A stretch of 64,000 nt of DNA from positions 6,886-70,885 of the forward strand of contig CAJJAJ010000003.1 in assembly GCA_905182225.1 (NCBI GenBank), given 5' to 3'. Below are positions 30,970 through 40,571 of this stretch, piece after piece (position 1 is the stretch's first letter; each line of letters starts with the position of its first letter). The stretch comes from an uncultured Aquiluna sp. GTDB taxonomy: Bacteria; Actinomycetota; Actinomycetes; Actinomycetales; Microbacteriaceae. The notes under the pieces were generated by a model. The model searched no databases. It was not told the origin of the DNA and worked only from the letters and a program-made list of their open reading frames with translations. The position numbers and the translations under genes are program-made.

Positions 30970-31254
30970 CGTTTCCTCTTCAAATTACAGGCGAGGAAAG
31001 GGACCCCGTCGATTACGGGTACTTTGTTGTACCCCTCGCCGCTGAACTTCCAAAAGCTTAGCCGAGTTAGCGAAGCTTTACCAAGCCCTACCTCAGAAAC
31101 AGCGGCATGGTCAAAACAAACATGCCAGAGCACGCTCAAGGTTTAGAAGCTTCGGTTTTCGGACTTCATCCTTAGGCTGCCGAAAAGACGCCAAATTGGC
31201 TGTCGCTCTAAGGCTCGGCACGGAAAAGGTGTCCCGAGGTGTCACAGACTAAAT

Positions 31255-32229
31255 TTAGGAGTGGCCAGGAAACAGTGAGTTAACGGAATCATCATAGAAA
31301 ACTGCAGCTATTGCCTTGGCAATCAGCGGAGCAATAGACAACACGGTTAAGGACTTGAATTCCTTGTCCGGCGTTACCGGAAGTGTGTTGGTCACTACGA
31401 CTGAATCAATGACTTCATCGCTAAGCCGCTCAACTGCCGGCGTTGAGAAGACTGCGTGAGTGGCGGCCACAATAACCCGCGCCGCGCCCTTTGCTTTCAA
31501 GGCCTTGGCAGCTGCAAGAATAGTGCCGCCAGTATCAATCATGTCGTCAACCAGCAGGCAATCGCGGCCCGCAACATCTCCAACTATTTCGTTAACTTCG
31601 ACTTGATTTGGCTTGTCTGGATCACGACGTTTGTGGACAATCGCCAGAGGGGTCCCCAGACGATCTGCCCAGATGTCAGCAACCCTCACGCGACCAGAGT
31701 CTGGCGAGACTACCGTCAAATTATCAGTACCAAAAGTTTCGGCGATGTGGTCAGCAAGAAGCGGAAGAGCCCAAAGGTGATCCACCGGGCCATCGAAGAA
31801 CCCTTGAATTTGCGGAGCGTGCAAGTCGACCGACATTAGGCGATCCGCGCCGGCTGCCGCGTAAAGGTCAGTAACGAGTCTTGCCGAAATCGGCTCACGA
31901 CCCTTGTGCTTCTTGTCCTGGCGAGCGTATGGGAAAAATGGTGCCACTACGGTTATGCGCTTGGCTGATGCACGCTTCATCGCATCAACCATTAGCAACT
32001 GCTCCATGAGCCAGTGGTTAATCGGTGCGGGGTGGGCCTGAATTATGAAAGCATCGACGCCCCGAACGCTTCTTTCGTAACGCACAAAGGTCTCACCGTT
32101 TGCAAAATCATAGGCAGTAACAGGAACTAGCTCGGTTTCTAGAATGGCTGCGACCTCTTGCGCCAGAGCCTGATGGGCCCTTCCCGATGCAATTACTAAT
32201 TGCTTTCTGGCGGCTTTCTCGATTGCCAT
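31255..32229 (-). CDS. prs: Ribose-phosphate pyrophosphokinase
   Basis: Motifs VAPFFPYARQDKK and DCLLVDDMIDTGGT. ATG 32229 lies 2 nt after the glmU stop. Confidence 0.95.
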   Translation of the reverse strand: MAIEKAARKQLVIASGRAHQALAQEVAAILETELVPVTAYDFANGETFVRYERSVRGVDAFIIQAHPAPINHWLMEQLLMVDAMKRASAKRITVVAPFFPYARQDKKHKGREPISARLVTDLYAAAGADRLMSVDLHAPQIQGFFDGPVDHLWALPLLADHIAETFGTDNLTVVSPDSGRVRVADIWADRLGTPLAIVHKRRDPDKPNQVEVNEIVGDVAGRDCLLVDDMIDTGGTILAAAKALKAKGAARVIVAATHAVFSTPAVERLSDEVIDSVVVTNTLPVTPDKEFKSLTVLSIAPLIAKAIAAVFYDDSVNSLFPGHS

Positions 32230-32231
32230 TT

Positions 32232-33644
32232 TTACTCCGTATCTAGATTTATTGCCTCTGCTGATTTTGTCCCCGGTCGATTGGCCAACACCCAACCGGA
32301 AAGATTTTTCTGTGCCACTGGGTTCAATGCTAACGCTCCAGACTCGACGTTCCGACGAATAGTCGAACCTGCTGCCGTGTATGCGCCGTCTCCAATGGTT
32401 ACGGGCGCAACAAAGGTGTTACTGCTGCCAGTTTTGGCAAAAGAACCGATTGTTGTCCGGTGCTTTGTAACCCCGTCGTAGTTGGCAAAAATAGTTCCGG
32501 CGCCAATGTTTGTTCCCTCGCCTATTGAGGCATCACCCACGTAGCTCAGGTGAGGGACCTTGGCACCTGGCCCAATAACGGAATTCTTGACCTCGACGAA
32601 TGCGCCGATTTTTCCATCGGCTCCTAAGACGGTTCCCGGTCGGATAAATGCATATGGCCCAACGGTTGCGTTGTCTAAAATCTCAGCTGAAGAAACCTGC
32701 GATCTGGAAATAGTTACGCCCTGGCCAATCAAGCTGTGAGTGATTGTTGTGTCAGGTCCGATAGTCGCCGAGGTTCCCACTTGAGTAAGCCCATGCAATC
32801 GTGTGCTTGGAAGCAACGTGGAGTCTTTGCCCAGCTGACATGTCACATCTATCCAGGTTGTCTCAGGCTCAGTAATGGTCACTCCAGCAAGCTGCCAAGC
32901 CTTAACAATTCTCGAGTTCAATTCAGCAGCAACCTGAGACAGTTGCTGACGATCGTTGATACCGGCAACCAGCCAGTGATCGTTTATTGGATGTGCGGAC
33001 GCAGATTGACCCTGCTCGAGCATGATCGAAGCCACGTCGGTCAAATATTTTTCACCCTGAGAATTTTTTGTGGTGACCTTCAAAAGGGCGTGATCTAAAT
33101 GCTCGCGGTCAAAAACATAAACTCCAGCGTTCACCTCATTCAACAACAACTCAGCCTCGCTGGCATCTTTTTGCTCGACGATGCCCATGAGGCTTTCTTT
33201 CGACCGCAGAATTCGACCGTAACCGTTCGGGTTGTCCAGAATCGTGCTTATCAGCGTGGCAGCGTTTGAGGAGCTGCGGTGCATGTCCACCAAATCGGAG
33301 ATGCTCGTTACATCCAGCAGCGGCACATCGCCGGACAAAACCAATACCTCACCCTTGAAGGCTTCAGGAAGAGCGGCAAGTCCCGCCTCAACCGCGGCAC
33401 CGGTTCCTGGGGTAAGACCCTGTTCAGTCACGATGGTCGAAGGAAAATGCTCAGTGACATAACCTGCCACAAGGTCTTTTTGATGACCCAGAACAGTCAC
33501 GACATAATCAGCCGATAAAGCAAAGGCGGTTGAGAGCACGTGTCCGATTAACGGTAACCCGGCGATTGGGTGGAGAACCTTGGGCAAGCTGGAGTGCATC
33601 CTGGTGCCCTCACCAGCCGCGAGCACGATAACTGCTAACTGCAC
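32232..33644 (-). CDS. glmU: Bifunctional UDP-GlcNAc pyrophosphorylase / GlcN-1-P N-acetyltransferase
   Basis: LAAGEGTRMHSSLPKVLH and C-terminal hexapeptide repeats. The start is GTG preceded by GAGGAGG. Confidence 0.95.
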   Translation of the reverse strand: MQLAVIVLAAGEGTRMHSSLPKVLHPIAGLPLIGHVLSTAFALSADYVVTVLGHQKDLVAGYVTEHFPSTIVTEQGLTPGTGAAVEAGLAALPEAFKGEVLVLSGDVPLLDVTSISDLVDMHRSSSNAATLISTILDNPNGYGRILRSKESLMGIVEQKDASEAELLLNEVNAGVYVFDREHLDHALLKVTTKNSQGEKYLTDVASIMLEQGQSASAHPINDHWLVAGINDRQQLSQVAAELNSRIVKAWQLAGVTITEPETTWIDVTCQLGKDSTLLPSTRLHGLTQVGTSATIGPDTTITHSLIGQGVTISRSQVSSAEILDNATVGPYAFIRPGTVLGADGKIGAFVEVKNSVIGPGAKVPHLSYVGDASIGEGTNIGAGTIFANYDGVTKHRTTIGSFAKTGSSNTFVAPVTIGDGAYTAAGSTIRRNVESGALALNPVAQKNLSGWVLANRPGTKSAEAINLDTE

Positions 33645-33668
33645 TTAGGTCCTCCTCAACTCCGATAG

Positions 33669-33740
33669 CTCCGCCCCTAGGATTCGAACCTAGACCGGAC
33701 GCCTCCAAAGAGCGCCGTGCTGCCGTTACACTAGGGCGGA
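33669..33740 (-). tRNA. tRNA-Gln (anticodon UUG)
   Basis: The reverse complement is UCCGCCC-UA-GUGU-AACGGCA-GCAC-G-GCGCU-CUUUGGA-GGCGU-CCGGU-CUAGG-UUCGAAU-CCUAG-GGGCGGA-G. It has U1-A72 and G73, and CCA is not encoded. It lies 24 nt upstream of glmU. Confidence 0.9.
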
Positions 33741-33777
33741 ATGAGACCTAAGTCTCGGGCCTAAGTCTGCCAGAAGT

Positions 33778-35562
33778 TCAGCTCAGTTGCAGTTTTTGAG
33801 CCACATCCAACCAAAGCTCTTCAGATTTCGCAATTTTAGTTTCGAGTTCTTTTTGCCTTGATCCAAGAGCCACTAGACCCTCGTAATCGGCTGGATCGTG
33901 GTCGCCAAGGGTTTTATTTAGCTCATCTAGCTCCAGGTGAGACTTCGCAATTGCACGCTCTAGACGCGCTAATTCTTTTTCGAGATTGCGCTTTTCCGCT
34001 CCAGTAACTTGAGGAGTCGCAGAGGCAACCCCCCTTGATTTAGATTCCACTCCGGCACTTTTTCTCAGCTCTAAATACTGCTCGACACCTCGGGTTAGAT
34101 GCCGAAGCTTGCCGTCTCCGAGCATCGCATACTGATTGTCGGTTGTGCGCTCAAGCAAATATCTGTCGTGGCTAACCACGATCAAAGTGCCCGGCCAGCT
34201 ATCTAGAACATCCTCGATGGCCGCAAGCATGTCTGTGTCCAAATCGTTTGTTGGCTCGTCCAATATCAAAACATTAGGCTCGCTGAAAAGCAGTCTGAGC
34301 AATTGCAGCCTTCTTCGCTGCCCGCCCGATAGATCCTTGATTGGTGTTTGCAGCTGCTGCTGGTCGAAACCCAGCTGCTCGAGGAGTTGCCCGGTGCCAA
34401 CCTCTTTTTTGCCGACCATAAATGTCGTCTTTTCACGACGAATTAGGTCAAAGATTCGCTCTTCCGAGTGCTTATTTAGCTCGTGAACATCCTGCGATAG
34501 TTTTGCAAATTTCACAGTCTTGCCAATTTTTATGCGACCGGATTCAGGCCTTAACTCGCCCGTAATCAACCTCATAAGGGTCGTTTTGCCCGCACCGTTT
34601 GCCCCGACCAAGCCAATTCGATCGCCTGGACCAAGCCGAAGCGTCAAGTCATCTACGATTACCAAGCCATCCGGGGTGCTGTAGCTCACGTCCTCCATGT
34701 CAAGCACGTCCTTGCCAAGGCGAGTGGTTGCAAGCTTTGCTAACTCAACGCTGTTTCTCGGAGGCGGCTCGTTACCAATAAGCGCAAGTGCCGCATCAAT
34801 CCTGAACTTTGGTTTGGCCGTTCTGGCCGGGGCGCCACGACCAAGCCAGGCAAGTTCTTTGCGAAGCAGGTTTTGCCTTCTGGACTCAATCGCATCTGCC
34901 TGCCTGGATCTTTCGGCACGCTGCTGCACGTAAGCCGCGTAGCCACCTTCGAATGGCTCAATGCGGCCTCCGTAGACCTCCCAGGTCAGGTTGCATACCG
35001 CGTCCAAAAACCAACGGTCGTGAGTGATCACAGCTAAGCCGCCGACGTTTTTCGGCCAGCGGGTTTGAAGATGATTTGCAAGCCATGCCACCCCATCAAC
35101 ATCGAGGTGGTTTGTTGGCTCGTCAAGAAAAACAACGTCGTACTCGCCTGCCAAAAGAGCAGCCAAAGCGACCCTTCGGCGCTGGCCGCCAGATAGCGTG
35201 CCGACCTTTTGGTGCCAATCAAGATCCGCAACCAGACCAGACAATACGTCCCTGATCTTTGGGTCCGATGCCCATTCAAACTCCGGACGGTCCCCCACTA
35301 CGGCCTCGGCAATGGAAATCTCGTCATCGATGACATCCACCTGGGTCAAGAACCCTATCCGCAAACCGCCCCGCCAGGTCACGCGCCCAGAATCGGGAGC
35401 AAACTGCTTGGTGAGAATTTTTACAAGCGTCGATTTTCCGTCGCCGTTTCGACCAACAATGCCAATTCGATCGCCATCGTTTATCCCGACCGTTACACCG
35501 GAAAAGACTTCCTTGGTTGGAAACTCATGGGTGATTACTTCAGCGCCCATTAGGTGTGCCAT
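33778..35562 (-). CDS. ABC-F family ATPase (two ABC domains, no TMD)
   Basis: Two Walker A sites (GRNGDGKST, GANGAGKTT), two LSGGQRRR signatures, and a C-terminal coiled coil. Confidence 0.9.
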   Translation of the reverse strand: MAHLMGAEVITHEFPTKEVFSGVTVGINDGDRIGIVGRNGDGKSTLVKILTKQFAPDSGRVTWRGGLRIGFLTQVDVIDDEISIAEAVVGDRPEFEWASDPKIRDVLSGLVADLDWHQKVGTLSGGQRRRVALAALLAGEYDVVFLDEPTNHLDVDGVAWLANHLQTRWPKNVGGLAVITHDRWFLDAVCNLTWEVYGGRIEPFEGGYAAYVQQRAERSRQADAIESRRQNLLRKELAWLGRGAPARTAKPKFRIDAALALIGNEPPPRNSVELAKLATTRLGKDVLDMEDVSYSTPDGLVIVDDLTLRLGPGDRIGLVGANGAGKTTLMRLITGELRPESGRIKIGKTVKFAKLSQDVHELNKHSEERIFDLIRREKTTFMVGKKEVGTGQLLEQLGFDQQQLQTPIKDLSGGQRRRLQLLRLLFSEPNVLILDEPTNDLDTDMLAAIEDVLDSWPGTLIVVSHDRYLLERTTDNQYAMLGDGKLRHLTRGVEQYLELRKSAGVESKSRGVASATPQVTGAEKRNLEKELARLERAIAKSHLELDELNKTLGDHDPADYEGLVALGSRQKELETKIAKSEELWLDVAQKLQLS

Positions 35563-36440
35563 TAGTTCACAAGCTCCGCACTGCCGTTAGATGTTTTACA
35601 GACCATCGCACTAAATCCACTGGCAATAAATGCCCGATGCCAAGAAGCAACCTCTTGGGAGTCCTTGGACAGCATAAACAAGGTTGGACCGGAACCAGAC
35701 ACGAAGGCCTTTTTACCTGGAATCATCTGGGCCATGCCAAACAAATCTGGTCGAAGCGAATAGGCCGCCACTTCAAGCGAGTTATCTCCAAGAATTTTGC
35801 CTACTCCTGACTCATATTGAGACACGACCTGATCGGGTGTCTTGGTTAGATCTCCATCCGGACAAAGTCGATCGAACTCCTTGAAAACATCGGCGGTCGA
35901 CAGCCCCGGCGTGCTGAAGATCAGAAGCGCAAACTGCAGACCCAAGGGCGGAAGCGGACGCAACTCAATCCCGGTATCTAAACCGAGCGCAGTTCCCCCG
36001 AGAAGTGCGAATGGAACATCCGCCCCAATTTTTGCAGCGACCTTAGTGAGCTCTGCGGAACTTAGATCAAGACCCCAGGCCCGGTTTAGCGCCACTAGGC
36101 TGGCGGCGGCATCCGCCGACCCGCCCGCCATTCCGGCCGCTGGAGGCACGTGCTTTTCAATAACGAACCGCATTGGCTGATGCTTCTCAATTCCAACATG
36201 CTTGGCCAATTCAAGCGCGGCCTTAATGACGAGGTTTGAGCTATCTATTGGAACGCGTTCAGCTTCAGCGAGCTCGGCTCCGATGAGCTCCACCTCCCAG
36301 TCATCAGCACTTTCGACGCTGACCTTTTCAAAAAGGTCAAGGGCTTGGTAGATGCTGATTACGCTGTGGTACCCATCCGGGCGAGCTGGTCCCGATAGAA
36401 ACGCGAGATTTATTTTTGCCGGTGCTACCGCGCTAATCAT
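35562..36440 (-). CDS. ispE: 4-diphosphocytidyl-2-C-methyl-D-erythritol kinase
   Basis: Motifs APAKINLAF and the GHMP block IEKHVPPAAGMAGGSADAAASL. Confidence 0.9.
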   Translation of the reverse strand: MISAVAPAKINLAFLSGPARPDGYHSVISIYQALDLFEKVSVESADDWEVELIGAELAEAERVPIDSSNLVIKAALELAKHVGIEKHQPMRFVIEKHVPPAAGMAGGSADAAASLVALNRAWGLDLSSAELTKVAAKIGADVPFALLGGTALGLDTGIELRPLPPLGLQFALLIFSTPGLSTADVFKEFDRLCPDGDLTKTPDQVVSQYESGVGKILGDNSLEVAAYSLRPDLFGMAQMIPGKKAFVSGSGPTLFMLSKDSQEVASWHRAFIASGFSAMVCKTSNGSAELVN

Positions 36441-37273
36441 TTGGCCTCCGAGATAGAAATGAATTGATCTATAAGCAACTGCTCGCCTCTGAACTTAGGG
36501 TCTATGCCCGCTCTAATAAGTATCTCTTCGGCGGCAGTTGGTGATCCTGCCCAGCTAGATAGAGACTGCCTCAGGGTTTTTCGTCGTTGGCCAAAAGCAG
36601 CATCAATGACCGCAAAGACGGCTTTTCTGTCTGCCGTCCTAGTCACAGAATGCTCGAAATACACCAAGGCTGAATCAACATTGGGCGCTGGCCAAAACAC
36701 ATTTCTGCCGATGTTCCCGGCCAGCCTTGCCGGTCCATACCAAGACATCTTGAGGCTTGGGGAGCCGTAATCCTTCGTTCCAGGAGTGGCTGCTAATCGA
36801 TGGGCAACTTCGGCCTGAACCATCACCAAACCTTTTTCTAGGCTCGGGAACGTGGCCAGAAAGTGCAGCAGCACTGGAACAGAAATGTTGTAAGGAAGGT
36901 TCGCGACCAACGCAGTTGGAGCTTGCGGCAATTCTCGGATCTGCAAGGCATCTGCAAGCACTAGCTCCACGGTTTTTCCGGGCGCATGCTGGGCAATTGT
37001 CAGAGGTAGTTGCTTGGCAAGCTTCGGGTCGATCTCAACCGCTATGACGCTTTCGACCTTTTCTAATAACCCCAGGGTTAGCGAGCCCAAGCCTGGCCCA
37101 ATTTCCACAACGATGTCGCTAGGAACCAGACCGGCTGCTGAAACTATCCGGTTGATAGTGTTTGGGTCAATCACGAAGTTTTGTCCAAGTTTTTTTGTGG
37201 GTTTTATTTCCAGCGTCCCGGCTAACTGGCGAATCTCCTTAGCCCCGAGCACTAGTTCAACCCTTCCGACCAA
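36437..37273 (-). CDS. rsmA: 16S rRNA (adenine1518/1519-N6)-dimethyltransferase
   Basis: Motifs KKLGQNFVIDPN, VVEIGPGLGSLT and ANLPYNIS. Confidence 0.9.
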   Translation of the reverse strand: MVGRVELVLGAKEIRQLAGTLEIKPTKKLGQNFVIDPNTINRIVSAAGLVPSDIVVEIGPGLGSLTLGLLEKVESVIAVEIDPKLAKQLPLTIAQHAPGKTVELVLADALQIRELPQAPTALVANLPYNISVPVLLHFLATFPSLEKGLVMVQAEVAHRLAATPGTKDYGSPSLKMSWYGPARLAGNIGRNVFWPAPNVDSALVYFEHSVTRTADRKAVFAVIDAAFGQRRKTLRQSLSSWAGSPTAAEEILIRAGIDPKFRGEQLLIDQFISISEAK

Positions 37274-38148
37274 GAACCGTAGACATTCTGGGTATTCCTG
37301 TTCAACTGAAGGGCAAGGTCGTTGTCACTCCAATGCATAAGTGATGCGATAAACCTCAGGGTGTGCGGGACTAGATAGGGAGCATTTGGTCTTCCCCGAA
37401 GAGGCTCGGGGGTCAAAAATGGCGCATCCGTTTCTATTAGAAGCTGGCTTGGATCAACTGCCAGAAGGGAGTCTCGAAGGTGCTGGTTCTTCTTAAAGGT
37501 CACGTTGCCGGCAAAAGATAAGAACCAGCCGTTTTCCTTGCAGATTTGTGCCAGCTCCAGGTTCCCGGAATAACAGTGAAAAACAGTTCGCTCTGGTGCG
37601 CCGACTTTTAGCAAGGTTGCAACAACATCGGCGTGGGCATCGCGGTCATGAATCTGAAGCGCCAAATCGAATTCCTTGGCAATTGCAATGTGCTGCTCAA
37701 ACGAGTGCTGCTGCATCGATAAAGCTTCGTCGCCCTGAGTGCGGAAATAATCAAGTCCCGTCTCTCCAACAGCCCTGACTCTAGGAAGTTTTGCTAATTC
37801 GGCAATTTCCAAAATTGCATCGTCAAGTTCATTGAGTGACTCATAAAGCGGTGCCTCATTGGGGTGTATTGCTACCGCTGCAAGTAGCATCGGCTCGCGG
37901 GCTGCGATTTCGGCAGAATACTTTGAGCTCTCGAGAGTCACCCCCACCTGGACCGCACCCAACATGTTGACTTGCCGCATCATCTCAATATGCTGAGCCA
38001 CACTCAGCGGCTCATCGCCATCGGCTATTTCTAGGTGAGTGTGGTTGTCGTAGGTGCCGACTTCCAGTGGATCAGGTAGCGCCGGGTAAAGACGCTTCGA
38101 TTTCTCGGCGCCGTCGTAACTATTGCGAGTTCTCGCAAACTCGCTCAT
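37252..38148 (-). CDS. TatD family metal-dependent hydrolase
   Basis: Motifs DNHTHLE, AIHPNE, GETGLDY, HDRDAH, HCYSG and ETDAPFLTP. Confidence 0.85.
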   Translation of the reverse strand: MSEFARTRNSYDGAEKSKRLYPALPDPLEVGTYDNHTHLEIADGDEPLSVAQHIEMMRQVNMLGAVQVGVTLESSKYSAEIAAREPMLLAAVAIHPNEAPLYESLNELDDAILEIAELAKLPRVRAVGETGLDYFRTQGDEALSMQQHSFEQHIAIAKEFDLALQIHDRDAHADVVATLLKVGAPERTVFHCYSGNLELAQICKENGWFLSFAGNVTFKKNQHLRDSLLAVDPSQLLIETDAPFLTPEPLRGRPNAPYLVPHTLRFIASLMHWSDNDLALQLNRNTQNVYGSWSEGLN

Positions 38149-39719
38149 GCGCTCTCTTCTACCCTTGGGAAGAGGGCCTCCAGTTCACCCAGCTTCACAC
38201 CGGGCTGCAATAGCCCCCATGTTTCGCAGGACGATAAAGGCTGATCCGCAAGCTCACCAAGTGAGCTACCAATCGAATCCCAGAGCCTGCCGGTGGCTTT
38301 CGGCATCACTGGAGCCAGCAATACCGATAGACAGCGAAGTCCCTCAACAGCGGTGTATAAGACAGTAGACAGACGCTCTTTATTTGCCGGGTCCTTGGCA
38401 AGCACCCAAGGTTCTTGGGTGGTGATGTAGCTATTGAGCTCATCGACAAGTGTCCAAATTTTCGCTATCGCCTCGTGTGGGGCAATCTGTGCAATTGCAA
38501 GATCGGCTTCACGGGTGGCGGCTGCTGCAATGTTCGAAACATTCTTGTCAGCATCGATGAATTCTCCGGGGGCTTGGATAACTCCGTCAAAGTAGCGATT
38601 CACCATTGCCACAGTTCTGGAGGCTAAGTTTCCAAAGCCGTTTGCCAATTCAGAGTGATATCTTGCTGAGAGATCCTCCCAGCTAAACGAGCCATCAGAG
38701 CCGAAACCAATTGCCTTCATGAAGTAATACCTGAAAGCATCAGAACCGAAAATATCGGTTATCTGATTCGGGGAGATTCCAGTCAATTTGGACTTGGACA
38801 TCTTTTCGCCGCCAACTAGCAACCAGCCGTGACCAAAGACTTGACGAGGTGGCTCCAGTCCTGCCGCCATGAGCATCGCCGGCCAAATCACGGCATGAAA
38901 GCGCAGGATGTCCTTGCCTACAACCTGAACATCGGCTGGCCAAAGCGAATTGAGCTTCTCTTCGTCGCTGCCATAGCCGATTGCGGTGATGTAGTTCAGT
39001 AGCGCGTCAAACCAGACATATGTGATGTGATCGGAGTCCCAGGGAATGTCAATTCCCCAGTCAAATCGCTCCTTGGACCTAGAAATTGACAGGTCGCTTA
39101 GCCCCGATTTCACAAACGAAACAACTTCATTTTTGGCAGATGCCGGTTGAATGAAAGTTGGGTTTTGCTCGTAGTGGTTCAAAAGTTTTTCTTGGAACTG
39201 GCTCAGCTTGAAAAAGTAATTTGTTTCATTGAGCTGCTCCACCGGCTTCGAATGGATCGCACAAACTTGCTGCCCCGCGAATGAGTCAGTTCCGTCAATC
39301 AGGTCGCCATCATTTTTGTACTCTTCACAGCCGACGCAGTAATTTCCCTCAAACGAACCCTGGTAAATGTAGCCGTCGTCGTAAAGCTTTTGTAGGAACT
39401 GCTGAACCGCGACCTCGTGCCGTGGCTCGGTGGTTCTGATGAAATCTTGATTGTCAATATCAATGGTCTTCAAAAGCGGAAGCCAAGATTCGGTAACCAG
39501 CTTGTCGGTCCAGCTCTTCGGGTCGGTGTGGTTTCCAAGGGCCGTTCTCAATACCTTTTCACCGTGCTCATCGGTTCCAGTAAGCAAAAAAGTGTCTTCT
39601 CCGCGCTGACGGTGCCACCTGGCAATAACATCACAGGCCACCTCGGTGTAGGCATGGCCGATGTGCGGGGCATCGTTGACGTAGAAGATCGGCGTAGTTA
39701 CGTAAAATGACTTGGACAC
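38145..39719 (-). CDS. metG: Methionine--tRNA ligase (short form)
   Basis: HIGH region PIFYVNDAPHIGHAYT and the KMSKS motif. GTG 39719 gives the N-terminus MSKSFYVTTPI. The longest ORF (39782) overlaps rsmI. Confidence 0.95.
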   Translation of the reverse strand: MSKSFYVTTPIFYVNDAPHIGHAYTEVACDVIARWHRQRGEDTFLLTGTDEHGEKVLRTALGNHTDPKSWTDKLVTESWLPLLKTIDIDNQDFIRTTEPRHEVAVQQFLQKLYDDGYIYQGSFEGNYCVGCEEYKNDGDLIDGTDSFAGQQVCAIHSKPVEQLNETNYFFKLSQFQEKLLNHYEQNPTFIQPASAKNEVVSFVKSGLSDLSISRSKERFDWGIDIPWDSDHITYVWFDALLNYITAIGYGSDEEKLNSLWPADVQVVGKDILRFHAVIWPAMLMAAGLEPPRQVFGHGWLLVGGEKMSKSKLTGISPNQITDIFGSDAFRYYFMKAIGFGSDGSFSWEDLSARYHSELANGFGNLASRTVAMVNRYFDGVIQAPGEFIDADKNVSNIAAAATREADLAIAQIAPHEAIAKIWTLVDELNSYITTQEPWVLAKDPANKERLSTVLYTAVEGLRCLSVLLAPVMPKATGRLWDSIGSSLGELADQPLSSCETWGLLQPGVKLGELEALFPRVEESA

Positions 39720-39729
39720 TTGAGATATC

Positions 39730-40548
39730 TTAGGCTTTAGCTTGCAGTGCGTGCTGATAGATGGCAGTCTTCGAGGCGCCAAATTTATCAGCCAGTTCGG
39801 TGCTGGCCTGTTTTAGACCCATCCCTGTCTCAGCCAGTAGCAACGCTTTCTGGCCCAATTGCTCATAATCAAGCTGTTCTTCGCCAGCTCCTGAAACAAC
39901 CAAAACCATCTCACCTTTTGGAATTTTTTCTGCCCACTCGACAAGCTCCTGAAGCCTTCCGCGCTTTGTTTCCTCAAATTTCTTCGTGAGTTCTCTTGAA
40001 ACACTGGCTAAGCGATCAGCGCCGAATACTTTGCTTGCATCTTTGAGGCTCTCCATAATGCGATGAGGTGCCTCAAAAAACACCATGGTTCGCTTCTCCG
40101 TTATGAGCGACTCAAACACTCGAACTCTCTCACCGGACTTTCTAGGCAGAAAGCCTTCGAAGCTGAACCGGTCAGTGGGTAAACCTGAAACCGCGAGCGC
40201 CGACACTACGGCCGATGGTCCCGGCACAATTTGAATCTCCACGCCTGCATCCGCGCAGGCCCTGACCAATAAGAAACCAGGATCGGAGATTGTTGGCATG
40301 CCAGCATCGCTTACCAAGACAACTGTTTCGTCTTTGGCTAGCTCGACAAGCTCAACGATACGATCCCGTTCATTGTGTTCGTGCAGACTGAAGAGCTTGG
40401 CGTTTAGGGTGATGCCCAGACCCCGACACAGTCGCTTTAGCTCTCTGGTGTCCTCAGCTGCAATAAAACTTGCTTCAGCAAGTGTTGTTTCCAAGCGCTT
40501 GGATGCATCGGAAAGATTTCCGATTGGAGTGGCCGCGAGTATCAACAC
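39730..40548 (-). CDS. rsmI: 16S rRNA (cytidine1402-2'-O)-methyltransferase
   Basis: Motifs LILAATPIGNLSDAS, FIAAEDTR and VSDAGMPTISDPG. GTG 40548 is the preferred start. The alternative, 40587, would overlap the divergent pmt gene. Confidence 0.85.
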   Translation of the reverse strand: MLILAATPIGNLSDASKRLETTLAEASFIAAEDTRELKRLCRGLGITLNAKLFSLHEHNERDRIVELVELAKDETVVLVSDAGMPTISDPGFLLVRACADAGVEIQIVPGPSAVVSALAVSGLPTDRFSFEGFLPRKSGERVRVFESLITEKRTMVFFEAPHRIMESLKDASKVFGADRLASVSRELTKKFEETKRGRLQELVEWAEKIPKGEMVLVVSGAGEEQLDYEQLGQKALLLAETGMGLKQASTELADKFGASKTAIYQHALQAKA

Positions 40549-40571
40549 GCTAAGCAAACTAGCATCTAAGC

